Source: Eledone cirrhosa
Taxonomy: Eukaryota
Length of the DNA: 64,000 bases
Assembly: GCA_964016885.1 (NCBI GenBank)
Contig: OZ024743.1
Coordinates: 27,900,001-27,964,000, forward strand
Direction: 5' to 3'
Positions within the stretch are counted from its first letter, which is position 1, and the number at the start of each line of letters is the position of its first letter. Below the pieces are notes generated by a model. It saw nothing but the letters and a program-made list of their open reading frames with translations. It was not told the DNA's origin and did no database searches. The position numbers and the translations under genes are program-made. Below, one piece after another: positions 40,601 through 53,485 of the stretch.

Positions 40601-43411
40601 AGGTTCAAATGTTAACAAAAACAGGACCAACAGAATTCACTTACCTTTTAATACTGACACTCTTGAAGTTCTTCTTGCCAGTAGTGAGAGCCAAACTCCA
40701 TTGATCTTCATCTCCCTTCACAGCAAACTGACTGAGTTCAGATTCTTCCAGAAGAGGAGCTACTTTCTTTCTCATCTTCTCCTTTATTTCTACAGCAGCA
40801 GCATCCTGAAGTTAAACACAGTACCATAATATTCACGAAACAGGAAAAGGGGTATGTTTAATCAATGAGTCTGATCATTGACCTTGGAAGGAGCAAAGGA
40901 CAAGTTGAGCTTATCAGAATTTGAACTCAGAATGTAACTAAATATTGCAATCTGGTACAGGCAGATCAACTAACATAAGAGTACATGTTTACATACCATG
41001 TCTGCAGTTATTCCACAGCTGTCTTCTTATAGTGTGCTTTAAAACTTGAGGTCAAGTCTGACCACTTTTTGTGGCTCCCATAACAACAGAACACATTTTT
41101 TTCAACCAATACTCATTTCTAGGCATACCATAAGAATTACCTCTCTTGCATTGGTTGCTGTATTTATTACCCAACTATGTCAGCTCCCTAGAACTGTTTT
41201 TCATGTAGGTTAACATTACACATCTAATCAACCCTTTAACATTTACATTACTCTACATTTACTATTATATTTTCAAGGTAAAGGCTTTATCTCACATAAT
41301 ATCTTATCTTTGAGATTTTGAAATTATTTATTTTGAGAACAATACCTTAATATCAGTATAAGCGGTTGGTTACAACCAGTTTAAACCAAAAGATGTGAGA
41401 GAATTCTGGCTGGATACAACTAGTTTAAATGTTAAAGAGTTAATCATATTGATGTCATTTCTCTCCAAACTAGCTTAATTTTCCACATACACTACTACTC
41501 AGCATTACATTCTTAAATAGATTTTACACAGTACTGTTTACCTACAAAATGGAAAGAGAAAGAGAACTATAAGTGCCAACAGAGATAACAATTCCATAAA
41601 TTCTCTTCCTTACCCAAAAGCAATGTTACTCTGGAAAAGTAATACAGTAACATCTTCAGTTTTAATCATATATTTGTGAATGATAGCATCTTTGGTTAAG
41701 AGCTTCCAACTGACTGATCATTAGCTCACTTCAATTCTAATGGTGAGATAAGAGAGTGTCTCACCAACTAATATGCAATAAATGATACAAGATTTTTTTT
41801 ATCCAAGTTGCTTTACTTACTAATTCATCATCCAATCGCTGTGCCACTGGTTCCATGGTAATCTTGTGCTCTTTCACCAATGTGTCCTCCACAGACTTCT
41901 CAACAATAGCATTGAGATGCTGTTATGACGAAAAGGAAAATTTCAATCAAGGAATAAAATAAATTTCAATTATGAATAACAAGTTAAAATACCAAACATA
42001 AACAATTAATATTGGTTAGAATGTTTTATGGTATTCGTTGTGGCTCTTGGCATTGAGTTACAATTCCAATGAAATCATCTCTGCCTTTCATACTTTTGAA
42101 GTTAATAAATAATGTACCAGTTCAGTACTGCTGTTAATTCTTCCTCTATATATTTCTATTTTCTCTTTCACTGAAAGAAACCTATTATATTTAGATATGG
42201 AGAGGGATGAACTCCTCTAGGTTTAAATGCCCAAAACATGTTGTATAGTACTATGGTACCCATACAACACCATCAAAAGTTAGGAGCTCAGGGCCACGGC
42301 TCTTATACAAGAATAGAATATATAAGGAAAGAAAACCAAAAGCAGTATTATGTCTAAACTGACATGAAATATACAATAAACTACTTCATGCTCACACCTG
42401 CATGAGCTGAGCTAGCTTCTGTAAGGTTGCATCTCAGAGGTTTCTTGGATGTTTTAATGATAAAGGCTCTAGTCCTATCATGTCACCATTTAGTGACAGG
42501 AAGTGAGAATTGATCTCAGGACATACAGAACCAGAACAGATAGAGCAGGCATCACTTCCAATGCTCTAACAATTCCACAAATCTACTACCCTAGACCGGT
42601 ACTTTAAGGGATGAAATGCAAAGTTGAATTCAGCAATATCTGAATTCAAGCTGCAGAGAGCCAGGCAACTGTCAATTTGCTGATTTACCTAAGAGTACAA
42701 ACTAAATATATGCTCTTTGGTAAATCTGGAACAATGCATCTGTGAATTCATCATCATTTAATGTCTATCTTCCACACTAGCATGGGTTAGATAGGTTTGT
42801 CCCATTTAGAAGCAAGTTGGATCGGGTGCCCGTGTCTCACTCATGAACAGCTACATGCTATATGCCAGCATTATCAGGGCTTTAACCTAACAGTTAAAAA
42901 TCAACAGATATACAGGAACCTATTGGACCAGACTGTCCTATGATACACTATTTTATGTTGGACAGCACTAAAGAGCTGTTACGTTTAGAACATTAAATTT
43001 AGATATCGGTTACTTATGACAAAAATCTATACAGCAACCAACTATATGACCATGCTGTCATGTAAGCTATGATATGACAACAAGCAACACAGTACCATTG
43101 CGATGCCAACAATAATCTACACGGCACTCACAACTCACTACCATGACAACAATAAACTCAACAGCACTGCTTGCTATAGCAATAGCAAACTACTCAGGTG
43201 TGTTGCTATGCCAAACATAATTTGATGACAAGGTTAAGATGTTACATTACCTGGACAACCTTGCGAATAATTCTGTTATAGAGACCCAGCAACTGACTGG
43301 CAGCAAGTCCAATGTTTTTCTCTAGGTCATCCACTGTTTTATGTTGCAGACCGATGCCAAGCAATAGAGCCTGAAAGAAAAGACCAGACAACAATTATTC
43401 ACATAGAACCC

Positions 43412-43450
<39 letters not shown>

Positions 43451-46400
43451 TATAATGATAAAATTAAAAGGTTAGAAAATTAAATAATTCTATTCAAATC
43501 ACATTATTATCATCATCATCATTTTATGTCCGCTTTAGCCTGCTTGCAAGGGTGGGACAAGAACTGATTCTGGCTTGATTTCTACAGCTGGATGCCCTTC
43601 CTAACACCAACCTCATTTACAGCGAGAGCTGGGTGCTTTTTTTCTGTGGCGCCTACACGTCCACTTTACAGTGTGGGCTGGGTGCTTTTTTGCCGTGGCA
43701 CCTCCACGACCACTTTGCAGTGGAATGATAGGGACCTCAGTCCTATCATCTCATTTCTACAGCTGTGTAAATTGGAGCAATGTGAAATAAAGTGTCTTGC
43801 TCAAGGAAACAACACATCACCCAGTTTGAGAATTGAACTCACAACCTTTCGATTGCAAGCCCAATGCTCTAACCACTAAGCCATGCGCCTCCATTATATA
43901 GGAAAAAAAATTATGCACCTAAAGTTTTTTTTATATACATGCTAATTTACTCTACACATTTTACTGACCGATTTTAGCTGTGGTTAGCTTTTCAAAGAAT
44001 AATTTTGAAGGTTATATGCGTTGTGTACTTTTTAATGATGCATTTTATACAATATCAATGATGATGATGATGAAATAATTAAAAGAAAAAACGGTTTTAC
44101 CTGCTGCACAGCACTGAGATGTAGTTCAGGTAAGCGCTGGAGAAAATATAGTTCTGCAATGGTTGGCATCAAATCCATGATCAAATGATAGTCTATCATA
44201 TTTTGAGAATACAACTCCAGTCGCTTCAAGTCAAACACAGTCAATTTAAAATCCAATTCCTGTTTTGACATAACTGTAAGCAGAAAAAAGAAGGTTATTA
44301 GAATGCACCATGTGATCTGTCATAGTAAATCTTGTGTTGATATTAGGACACTTAAACAGGAAATCAGTTATATTCTTTTACTAGTTTCAGTCACTGGAAT
44401 CTGACTATGTTAAACACTTCCCCTCTACTTATATCATAGAAACAGTCTTATTCCAAGTTACATCACACCACTACAGTAAGCTCTCTATGTAATGAAAACT
44501 TTCTGCACTTCAGCCTTAAACCACCACAGTGAGCGCCATTGGAAACAAAAGGCCCCTAACATCATGAACATAATTTTTATTCTCAGAAGCCTAAAGACTT
44601 CTCAGCCATAGTAAGGTAAGGAATCAAGGAAGTTTGACTATCTGAACAAACCTAACAAAATACAAAAAATTCCACATATAGACTCCAGAAGCAGTTACTG
44701 TGAAAAAAAATAAAAAAATGACATGGAGCACAATTTAATCCTGTAGACAAACTTTAGTGTCAGTGATACAATTATATGCAGTGACTTTATGTTACAGAGT
44801 GGTTGGTGTTATATCATCCAACTGTAGAAGGATAAGGTTCTTATGGATAAAAAGAAAAAAAATTGACATACACAAGTAGAGCCTTTGCTATGTCACTCAG
44901 ACAAATTAAAGCATACAGAGCACCGGACAGAATTCTCTCACTTCTTTCTGTTTCAATTGGCTGTAACTGGCCACTCATACTGATGTTAAAATATTGTATT
45001 CAAAATAAATAATATTGAAATCTTATAGATTCAATATTATGTGAGATAAAGCTTTTACCATGAGAATACAATAGTAAATATAGTATAAGTAAATGCTAAA
45101 GGGCTAAAGGCACAATAATAATTATAAAAATAAGATCTGAACTATAACCATATATTATACCTCATATATAAGAGAAATTTAGAAATACTGTACCACAAAT
45201 GAAAATAAAATAGAGCTTGAGCCAAAAAGAGACCCTATACATTTGTTTGAGCTGCTGGAAAATGTAGTCCTAGACATACATAGCTGGATGGACAAAACAG
45301 CAATGCCTTTCAACATGTCTGCTGAAGTCTGACTTCTGGTTATACACATATATATATATTCATGCACAAAATACAGCTAGCATAATGTATGAAGCTACTG
45401 ACTCTTACTCAAGAGGTTGACATTCCAAAGCTTAACTTACCTACTGCTTCTTCTTTACAGTGCTTCTGTTGTAGAATACTGAGTGCAGTGCTGCAGGTGA
45501 AGGAACGGAACTGGTAAGAACACAGTGAAATGAAACGGCGACGGAAATCTGAAATGAGAGAAATCTGTGAAATACCAAAACCTACACAAAGAAACAAGTA
45601 TTTTAAGATCATTTTCCTCAGCTAGAGCTGTGATTAGATTAGAAGACCCTGTAACAAGCTTCTCCACCATACCAAAACTAACACATTGGCTTTTATTTCC
45701 TCCTCCATATCATTCTTGGTCTTTCCTTTTCTCTACTTCCTTCCATATTCATTTCCATCACTTCTTTCACCAAGTCACTTTCATCCCTCTTCAACACATG
45801 ACCCAACCATAATGTTCCCTTCACACAGCTTTCATTATATATAAGGAAACAGTGATATAATTGAATATTGCAAAACCCTTTGTCAGAATCCTGACCAATT
45901 CTTTCAATCCATCCACTTTATTTAATGATAATAATAAAATAAATCTCTACAAGAATACTTGACTTCTCCAAAGACCAGAGTCATAGGTTCTGAATACAAA
46001 GAGAACATTCCCAGTTAGAAAGCTGACTTAACTCTTTGGTAAACATATTTCTAATGAAACTGCCTACAAGTTTCAAATAATTTTGAAAATAATCAAGAAT
46101 TTGTAGGGAATTAGTAAAGTAGGGAACTTTGTTATCAGCTGGTGTTTGGAGTATAACAAAATAAATGTTCTTATAAAATTATGATGGGAGGTATGTAGGT
46201 AACTATAAACACTTTAACCCTTTAGCATTTACATTACTCTATATTTACTATTGTATTTTCATGGTAAACACTTTATTTCACATAATATCGAATCTACAAG
46301 ATAAGTACAAGCAGGTGGTTATGGCCAGTTTGAACAGAATTCTGGTCAGATACAGCCAGTTTAAATGCTAAAGGGTTAAGACAAACAATATTGTGTCATA

Positions 46401-49400
46401 GAAGAAGGGCCAATTTCAGGTGGTTTGGTATTGAAAAGGTTAATAATAAAGTTGTAATGAACTAAATAACACATTTTTTATTTCCAACAATTCCAATAAA
46501 ACTGTCTGTGGCTGCACATACACCTCATCCAAACAAATATGAATTATATTAGATTTCAGAATAATATAATGCACCATCATCATCATTTTCATGTGTCCAC
46601 TTTCCATGGTGGCAAAGGTTGGATGGTTCTGCATGAGTTGAGTCAGTTCTTATTAGTAATTACTATCCTCCTAGATCAGTCAGAATACCACAACTCGCTC
46701 TACATTTCATTTTGGCATGGTCTCTGCAGCTGGATGACTTTTCTAACACCAATGACATTACAGAATGTACTGGGTGTCATATCCTCATCATTTTATTAAA
46801 CTCTTTCAAGCTCTAGAATATTTGGAAAATTAACAATTTCTAAGACATTAAACTCTAAAGTAACTAGCTAATCTCAGGCTGGAGAGAGAAAAAAAAAGAA
46901 ATATATCCAACATCAAACAAACACATAATGAAATATGCTACTGGTTACTTCTCCCTCTCAATTTTTAAAACACTCTGACATCACCAAAGATGAACATCAA
47001 TTCCAAATAAGACATTTTATTTTATACTTTTGATACCAAACTGCATAGGAAATGAAACTGTTTGTACTAAAGTGTTTATATCTAAAAACCTACCACAGCT
47101 TTATATAGGAATTTTTGTTAAATTATTTTCCAAACACCAGCTCAATAATGAGAAAATTATTTTATTAAATCCCTCCAAATTATTGATTATTTTCAAAATT
47201 ATTTGAAAATCATATGCATTATCTTTCAATAGAATATGGTAACAAAAAGGTTAATGGGTAAATGTCACTGGTTGATATCCAGTATTTTAATAATTTATTG
47301 TTTAGGTCTTTGTCATTTCAGAGTGCTAGTAATGGTTGTAAATAAACTTCTTTTTACAGCTTACACAGGGAAAGAAAGGCAGCAGACATGATCCTTTATA
47401 CTTTTTTCAGTGCTTCTGAAACTGGTGGAGGAAGTTATCCCCAAATGGAGATCTAGCCTAAATGCTTGCAACACTGTGGATTCTGCTAAAGGCACCCAAG
47501 AAGAGTGCAGCGGAGTTAAAGCAAGAAATGGACTAAGTCCACATACTCATAATACAAAGACTTGAAGCGAATATTGCAAAATATCTCGTATGCTCTAACT
47601 ATACTTGTACTTTATTTTATCCTCCCTTAATGGATAAAAGGCAAAATTGAACAGAAAGCACAGAGAGCTGGAATAAATAATTGTTTCTACTTTTGGAACA
47701 AGGTCAGCAATTACCCTAGTGCATTATTACTTTATTTTATCGACCCTGTAGGGATGAAAGGCAAAGTTAACCATGGCAGGATTTGAACTTAGAACGTAAA
47801 GGGATGTAACTCTATGCTGCGAAAGCATATTGTTTGACACTCTACCAATACTGCCAACCACTGCCCTTGAATAAATAATGCAGTGCACTTTGTCCTACTT
47901 CAACAACTCAAAAAAATCACTGCCTAAAATGTCTGTGGTTGTTAAGTTCTGCATAAGCCTTAGTTGAGAATTGTATCCATGACTATCCCAACTTTTTTAG
48001 AGAGATACTCCTTTCATCTTTTTCTTTTTTAAAAGGGTAGTGTGTAATTTGAGAAAGATTTGGTTGCCATTTCTAGCAAATTGAACGACCACATAAAGGC
48101 TCCCGAATTGGTTCAAACTGAAATGGTTGGTAACAATAGAGTGCAATGGTGGCTATGATAATAATTGTTTCTACTTTTGGCACAAGGCCTAAATTACCCA
48201 GTACATTACTGGTACTTTATTTTATCGACCCCGTAAGGAGGAAAGGCAAAGTTAACCTCGGCTATGATAATAATAATGATGGTGGTTAAAAAAAGGATAG
48301 AGTTACCTTTCCAGAATGATAGAAGCCAGGATTTGTCATATAATGCAGTTGTTTCATTTTCCTTATCATGAAGAGTCTTCAACATGATACAAGAGTGTTC
48401 TCCAGTCAAATCATTCTAAAATGAAAAAAAAAAGAATCAGTACAGTACCGACTGAAGTAGATTTGGTTATATGCAGCACAACGATGCAGCCATACATCTA
48501 TACAACAGAAATGTACATAATTACAGACACATACACACACCTATCTTCATATAACTGTTATACTCTATGTTGATATTTTCTAAAACATCAATGAGATTCA
48601 CTAAAACAGAACTATCAAGGTCTATATCTAGAAAAACTAAAAACATTATGACTTACAGCAGTTTGTCTTAGGTACACAGGGACAAAACCATTTCGTTTCC
48701 AGAATCTATTGAAGGAGAAAAAGAAACACTCATAGAGATAAACAAGTTACAATAAGATATTCAAAACTTTAACCCTTTTGTTACCATATTTCTAAGGAAA
48801 GACACTGCATATGATTTTCAATTAAGTTTTAAAATAATCAAGAATTTGGAGAAATTTGGTATAACAAACTTTCTCATTAATAAGATGGTCTTTGAAACAT
48901 AGCTTAACTCTTAAAGCGGCTGTATCCGGCCAGAATTCTCTCACCTCTTTCTGTTCAAACTGACTGTAACCAGCCACGCATACAGATGTTATGGTAATAT
49001 TCTCAAAATAAATAATCTCAAAATCTCGTAGATTTGATATTATGTGAAAATATAATAGTATATATAGAGTACTGTAAATGCTAAGGTTAAATGTTCTTAC
49101 AAAAAATTAAGTAAGAACATTGTGTATAAAAATTATGTAAGAACAGTTTGTATCAAAATGCAAGGGAGTTTCAGGTGGTTTGGTATCAAAAAGGTTAAGA
49201 GTAAAATTTAAATGCCTGTGGCAGATCCAGACAGGCACAAAACAAGTTCTTAAAAACATTGTTGAGATTCAGTGGATAAAAGATAAACTTTCCTCCTGTA
49301 TTTTGGAGTTAGTATTCACTGATCTACTACTTATTTCTGATAACCAGATTATTTAAGAATTTCAGATATCCTACACATATAAATACAACTATATACAGAA

Positions 49401-52400
49401 AGACATGAAAATTCAGAAATGAAAGATTGCTTAAATTGCAGCTCTATATGTTTGTCATTTAACAGAATAAAACAAAGAGAAAAGCTTAAGATTGAGGAAG
49501 ACTTTACTTGAGAAGGTCAGCTGTCAGACCAAATGATACACCCATATAATCAAGTTGTTCAGCTGGTCGTTCAGTCAGCTTCAGTAACAGAGCAGGTAAG
49601 TTCTTACGAGGTACTGGCTTCTCTATCAACAGATCAAGTTCCTGCACAACATAAGGGATATGAAATTAATGAGACAAATATTACAAACAACACTCACATA
49701 CACAATCATCACTCTTAAAATTAATTGGTGATAAAAGTTGTGCAAGAAAATTAGTCACAACAGGACAAGTTGCATATTTTTGACAGCACCATCCCTAGCA
49801 AAGACACGTAATTCTCAACAACAGTTCATTTAGCTGTAAATAGATACTAAGACATAGCACTGTTATACTAGACACTAAAGTTGGACTAAAGCAAATTAAA
49901 TGAAGAATGTGGTTAAAATGTCTCAAGAAAGAATCACTGGACAGATTTTAAAAGAAAAACCAACCAGCAGGAGACCCAGGGGTAGACCCTGAGCAAGATG
50001 GTTGGATAACATCCATGAGCTTGAGTCGTCTTGCTTGGGGATCTAGCCAGATCAGTGGAGATGGTTGCTTCTGACAGGATCTGCTGGAAGGAATGTTTGA
50101 GGACTCTATCCCCACGACCCTCTCAGGAATAAGTGGGCAAAGAAGAGAAAAATGATAAAGACCTTAAGTGTGTATAGGATGAAACATTTCACTGTTGCAG
50201 CAAATCATATAAGACTGTGATATACTGCACACAGTAACGTTACCATTTTTGCATAAGCCAATAACAGAGCCTCTAAACAGTCACTTGACCTACAGGAAAT
50301 AGCAGTCAAATTTTCCTTAACTCTTACCATTATATACCACATGAAGCCTGTATTAACAAAACATTCTTGAAAAGTATAGAGTATATTAACAATTTGTTAC
50401 TTTCTACATAGTTTCATTATACTTCATCCATCTATCCTAACAAGTTCATGGATTCTCACATTTTTTAAAGAAAGGCTCTGAGACATTACAAACAAAGCTT
50501 TATATATTTTTCATCATACCGAACAATACAATGGATAGGAGCATTCTGAACGACAATCATTTTATATCCATTTTTCCATACTTGAATTGTTTGGAGAAAG
50601 ACCAATTGCAGAACTAACAAATTGCTTAATGACAACTGAGGTGATTTCACACTGAACTAAGCTAGGCACCCTACTACTGTACGCAGTACTAACACAGTGT
50701 TATCCCTGTATACATAATTATTACTTTTAATACTATATGTTTGTGCTAGTCAATAGACGTTTTCTGGCACTATGCTCTTCCTCTCACCAACCATTTTAGA
50801 GGGTGGTCTGGGGACATCTTATCATACCACTAGCACTAGAAAGGTTATACATCAGGACTTAAGAGAGCTTGTATTGTATAAGTTTTAATTCAGAGTTACT
50901 GCTCTCTTAGACAAGCTGCTTTTTTTCTTTGTTGCCCATGGAATCCTCGTTTATATTTCTTTTAAATTGGAGAAGCTAGTCCTATACAGACAATACACAA
51001 AATCTTTATTAAATACTTGAGTTGTCTCACCTCTTCATCAACTGGTTCAATGTCTTTAGGAACTTCCACATCTTCATTAAGTCCAACAATATCTCCTTTG
51101 TAGTACTGAGTGAGGAGCTGCAGGGCACGGGAGCCATAACCCATCTATTGTACATAAAAACACATATAAGAATACAGCAAAGAAACAAATGGAGTCACAA
51201 CACATACACAAGCATTTTAAGGCCATATTCCCTCCTAAAGCAATGTTTAGCCATGTGGGTCCTTTGACAGATTTCATCTTAATTGTTATGAGGCCCTTTT
51301 TAAAGCAATGTTTTATGATCAAATCACCTTCTTGGCATCACGCTCTTTAGTCCCTTGCCTCATACGACATGCAGGGATATGGTGTATCTATTCTAAACTG
51401 GATATACATAGTTAGTTAGTGCAGCCACCACCACAGAATTCATCTTCAAAAGCAAAACAAGCATTACTGAGAAAATAGAAACATTTTACTGGCTTGCAAA
51501 CATGTATAAAGCTTTACATTTAAAATATCATCAGCGGGTGACAGTTTTATCATGAACTGACTACTAGATCACAATTCTTACTACACAGAATACAAACTGT
51601 AAAATATATTTGTATAGTATGAATATGTGTGTGTATTCATGTAGCTGAATTAGAGAAAAAGAAACTCAGGTAGGGCCTCAAAATAGAGAAAACAAAACAG
51701 GTAGAGAAAGGAAAGTATGAAGTAGCATATCATTAGTGAGCTTGGAAGGGCTGGAGCTACAGAAATAGTGGTAGATGAGGTAGAGAAAACATAGCTGGAT
51801 GTGATAAATACTGAAACCATGTAGGGGGAAATTGAATATATCAACCCTAATACTTAATTCATACTATATTTAATCAAACTCTAAAGGGTGAAAGGCAAAT
51901 CTGACCTTGGCAGGATTTGAACCCAGAATGTAGGGTACTGGAAGAAATACCAAGTAGCAATTATTCCGATGCTCTAACAATTCTGCCAATAAACCACCCT
52001 AATAACAACAACATTAACAATAATAATTACTATAATAATAAAAGCAGGAATACCTTTTGATAATCTGGGTGGGTTGCTATCCGAACAACCCTCACACCTG
52101 ATAAACTGGCAAAATCATTGTCTTGGAACTGTAAAAGATTTGAGAATGATAGTTAATTTAGTATCCATAACAAAGTGCATGATGATTGGTGATTGAAATG
52201 AAAATGAAATTTATAGCTGACTTATGCAGGCCTCCAATGGGGTCGCATCAAATAGGGAGTTTCTCAGTTGTTTTAATCATAGGATCCCCAGTTCTCTCAT
52301 GAAAGGCAGCATACAATGAAGTACTATCTGTTCGCTTTTTACGCGAACTCACTTTAACACCTCTTGAAAAAATATTATTAAATATTCACTTTGCGCAAAT

Positions 52401-53452
52401 AACGTGTGATTTTTAACTTTTTCATTTATAGGAAAATCTGACTAATTATGGTAATTTGCTTTACGCGCCTCATTCACAAACGCATCTTTGTGTAAAATGC
52501 CAACAAATGCAACCCACCACCTGGTCAAGAAATTGAACCTACAACCTCATGGCAGTGAGTTCAAAACTGTAACCACTATGACAATGATAGTTTTGTTATT
52601 GTGACTGCCACACTAGAAGTTTAATGTTGCAATGAGAGTTTATGTGACAGAATAGCTTCTCACAAATTAACTTGAGACCTGAAACGTTTTAGGAGGATAT
52701 GATTAGTGGAGTAAAATAAATCATCTTTGACCTGGTGAATGTAGTAAATTACGTCCCCATGCTAAAGAAGGGATTAAGAGTCCTCAAGACTCTTTGTCAA
52801 CAGTATGACAACCTCCCTTGTGTTGGTGCCATAACACACAACCAGTACACTTTTTAGAGTAGGAGAACGTTTGTAAGATGTGCCCTCAGTGAGGTCAAGT
52901 GTTCTGCCTAAATACTGACTTGGTCTGTGATAATCCATCCAATGTAAGTAAGGAAAATAGATGCTGAATGATAACGATAGTGACTACTGGCTAAACTGAG
53001 TATTGAAAACAGAATCTCTTTTGACAAAAACTTCCCAACTGCAATACAATATTTACAAAGAAATGTTTTTTTGAGGCAGAGATTATGAAAGACATGGCAT
53101 TTATTCTTTCCCTGAGACATAAGTACTATAGCTTAGTAATTGATACTAGATATTGAGAAAGTTATTTATGTTGTAAAAAAAAACTAGTTCCTTTTTTATG
53201 ATATAATTTGTCTTATCCACTTAACTCTACATGAACTGGAATTAGTTTACCAGCCATAAGGGCTTAAAGCACCAATTCCCACAGTGGCTGCTAACACCCA
53301 CATGGTAGTGTTAAGAGTGGCTTTAGAAGAGAGGGAGAGGTAGGGAGTCAATGGAACGTAAGGAGTGGTAAGGAGTCAATGGAACGTAAGGAATGGTAAG
53401 GGAGGTAAGGGGCAAAGAATATATATATTTAGTTATTCAATAAATTCCTGAA

Positions 53453-53485
<33 letters not shown>

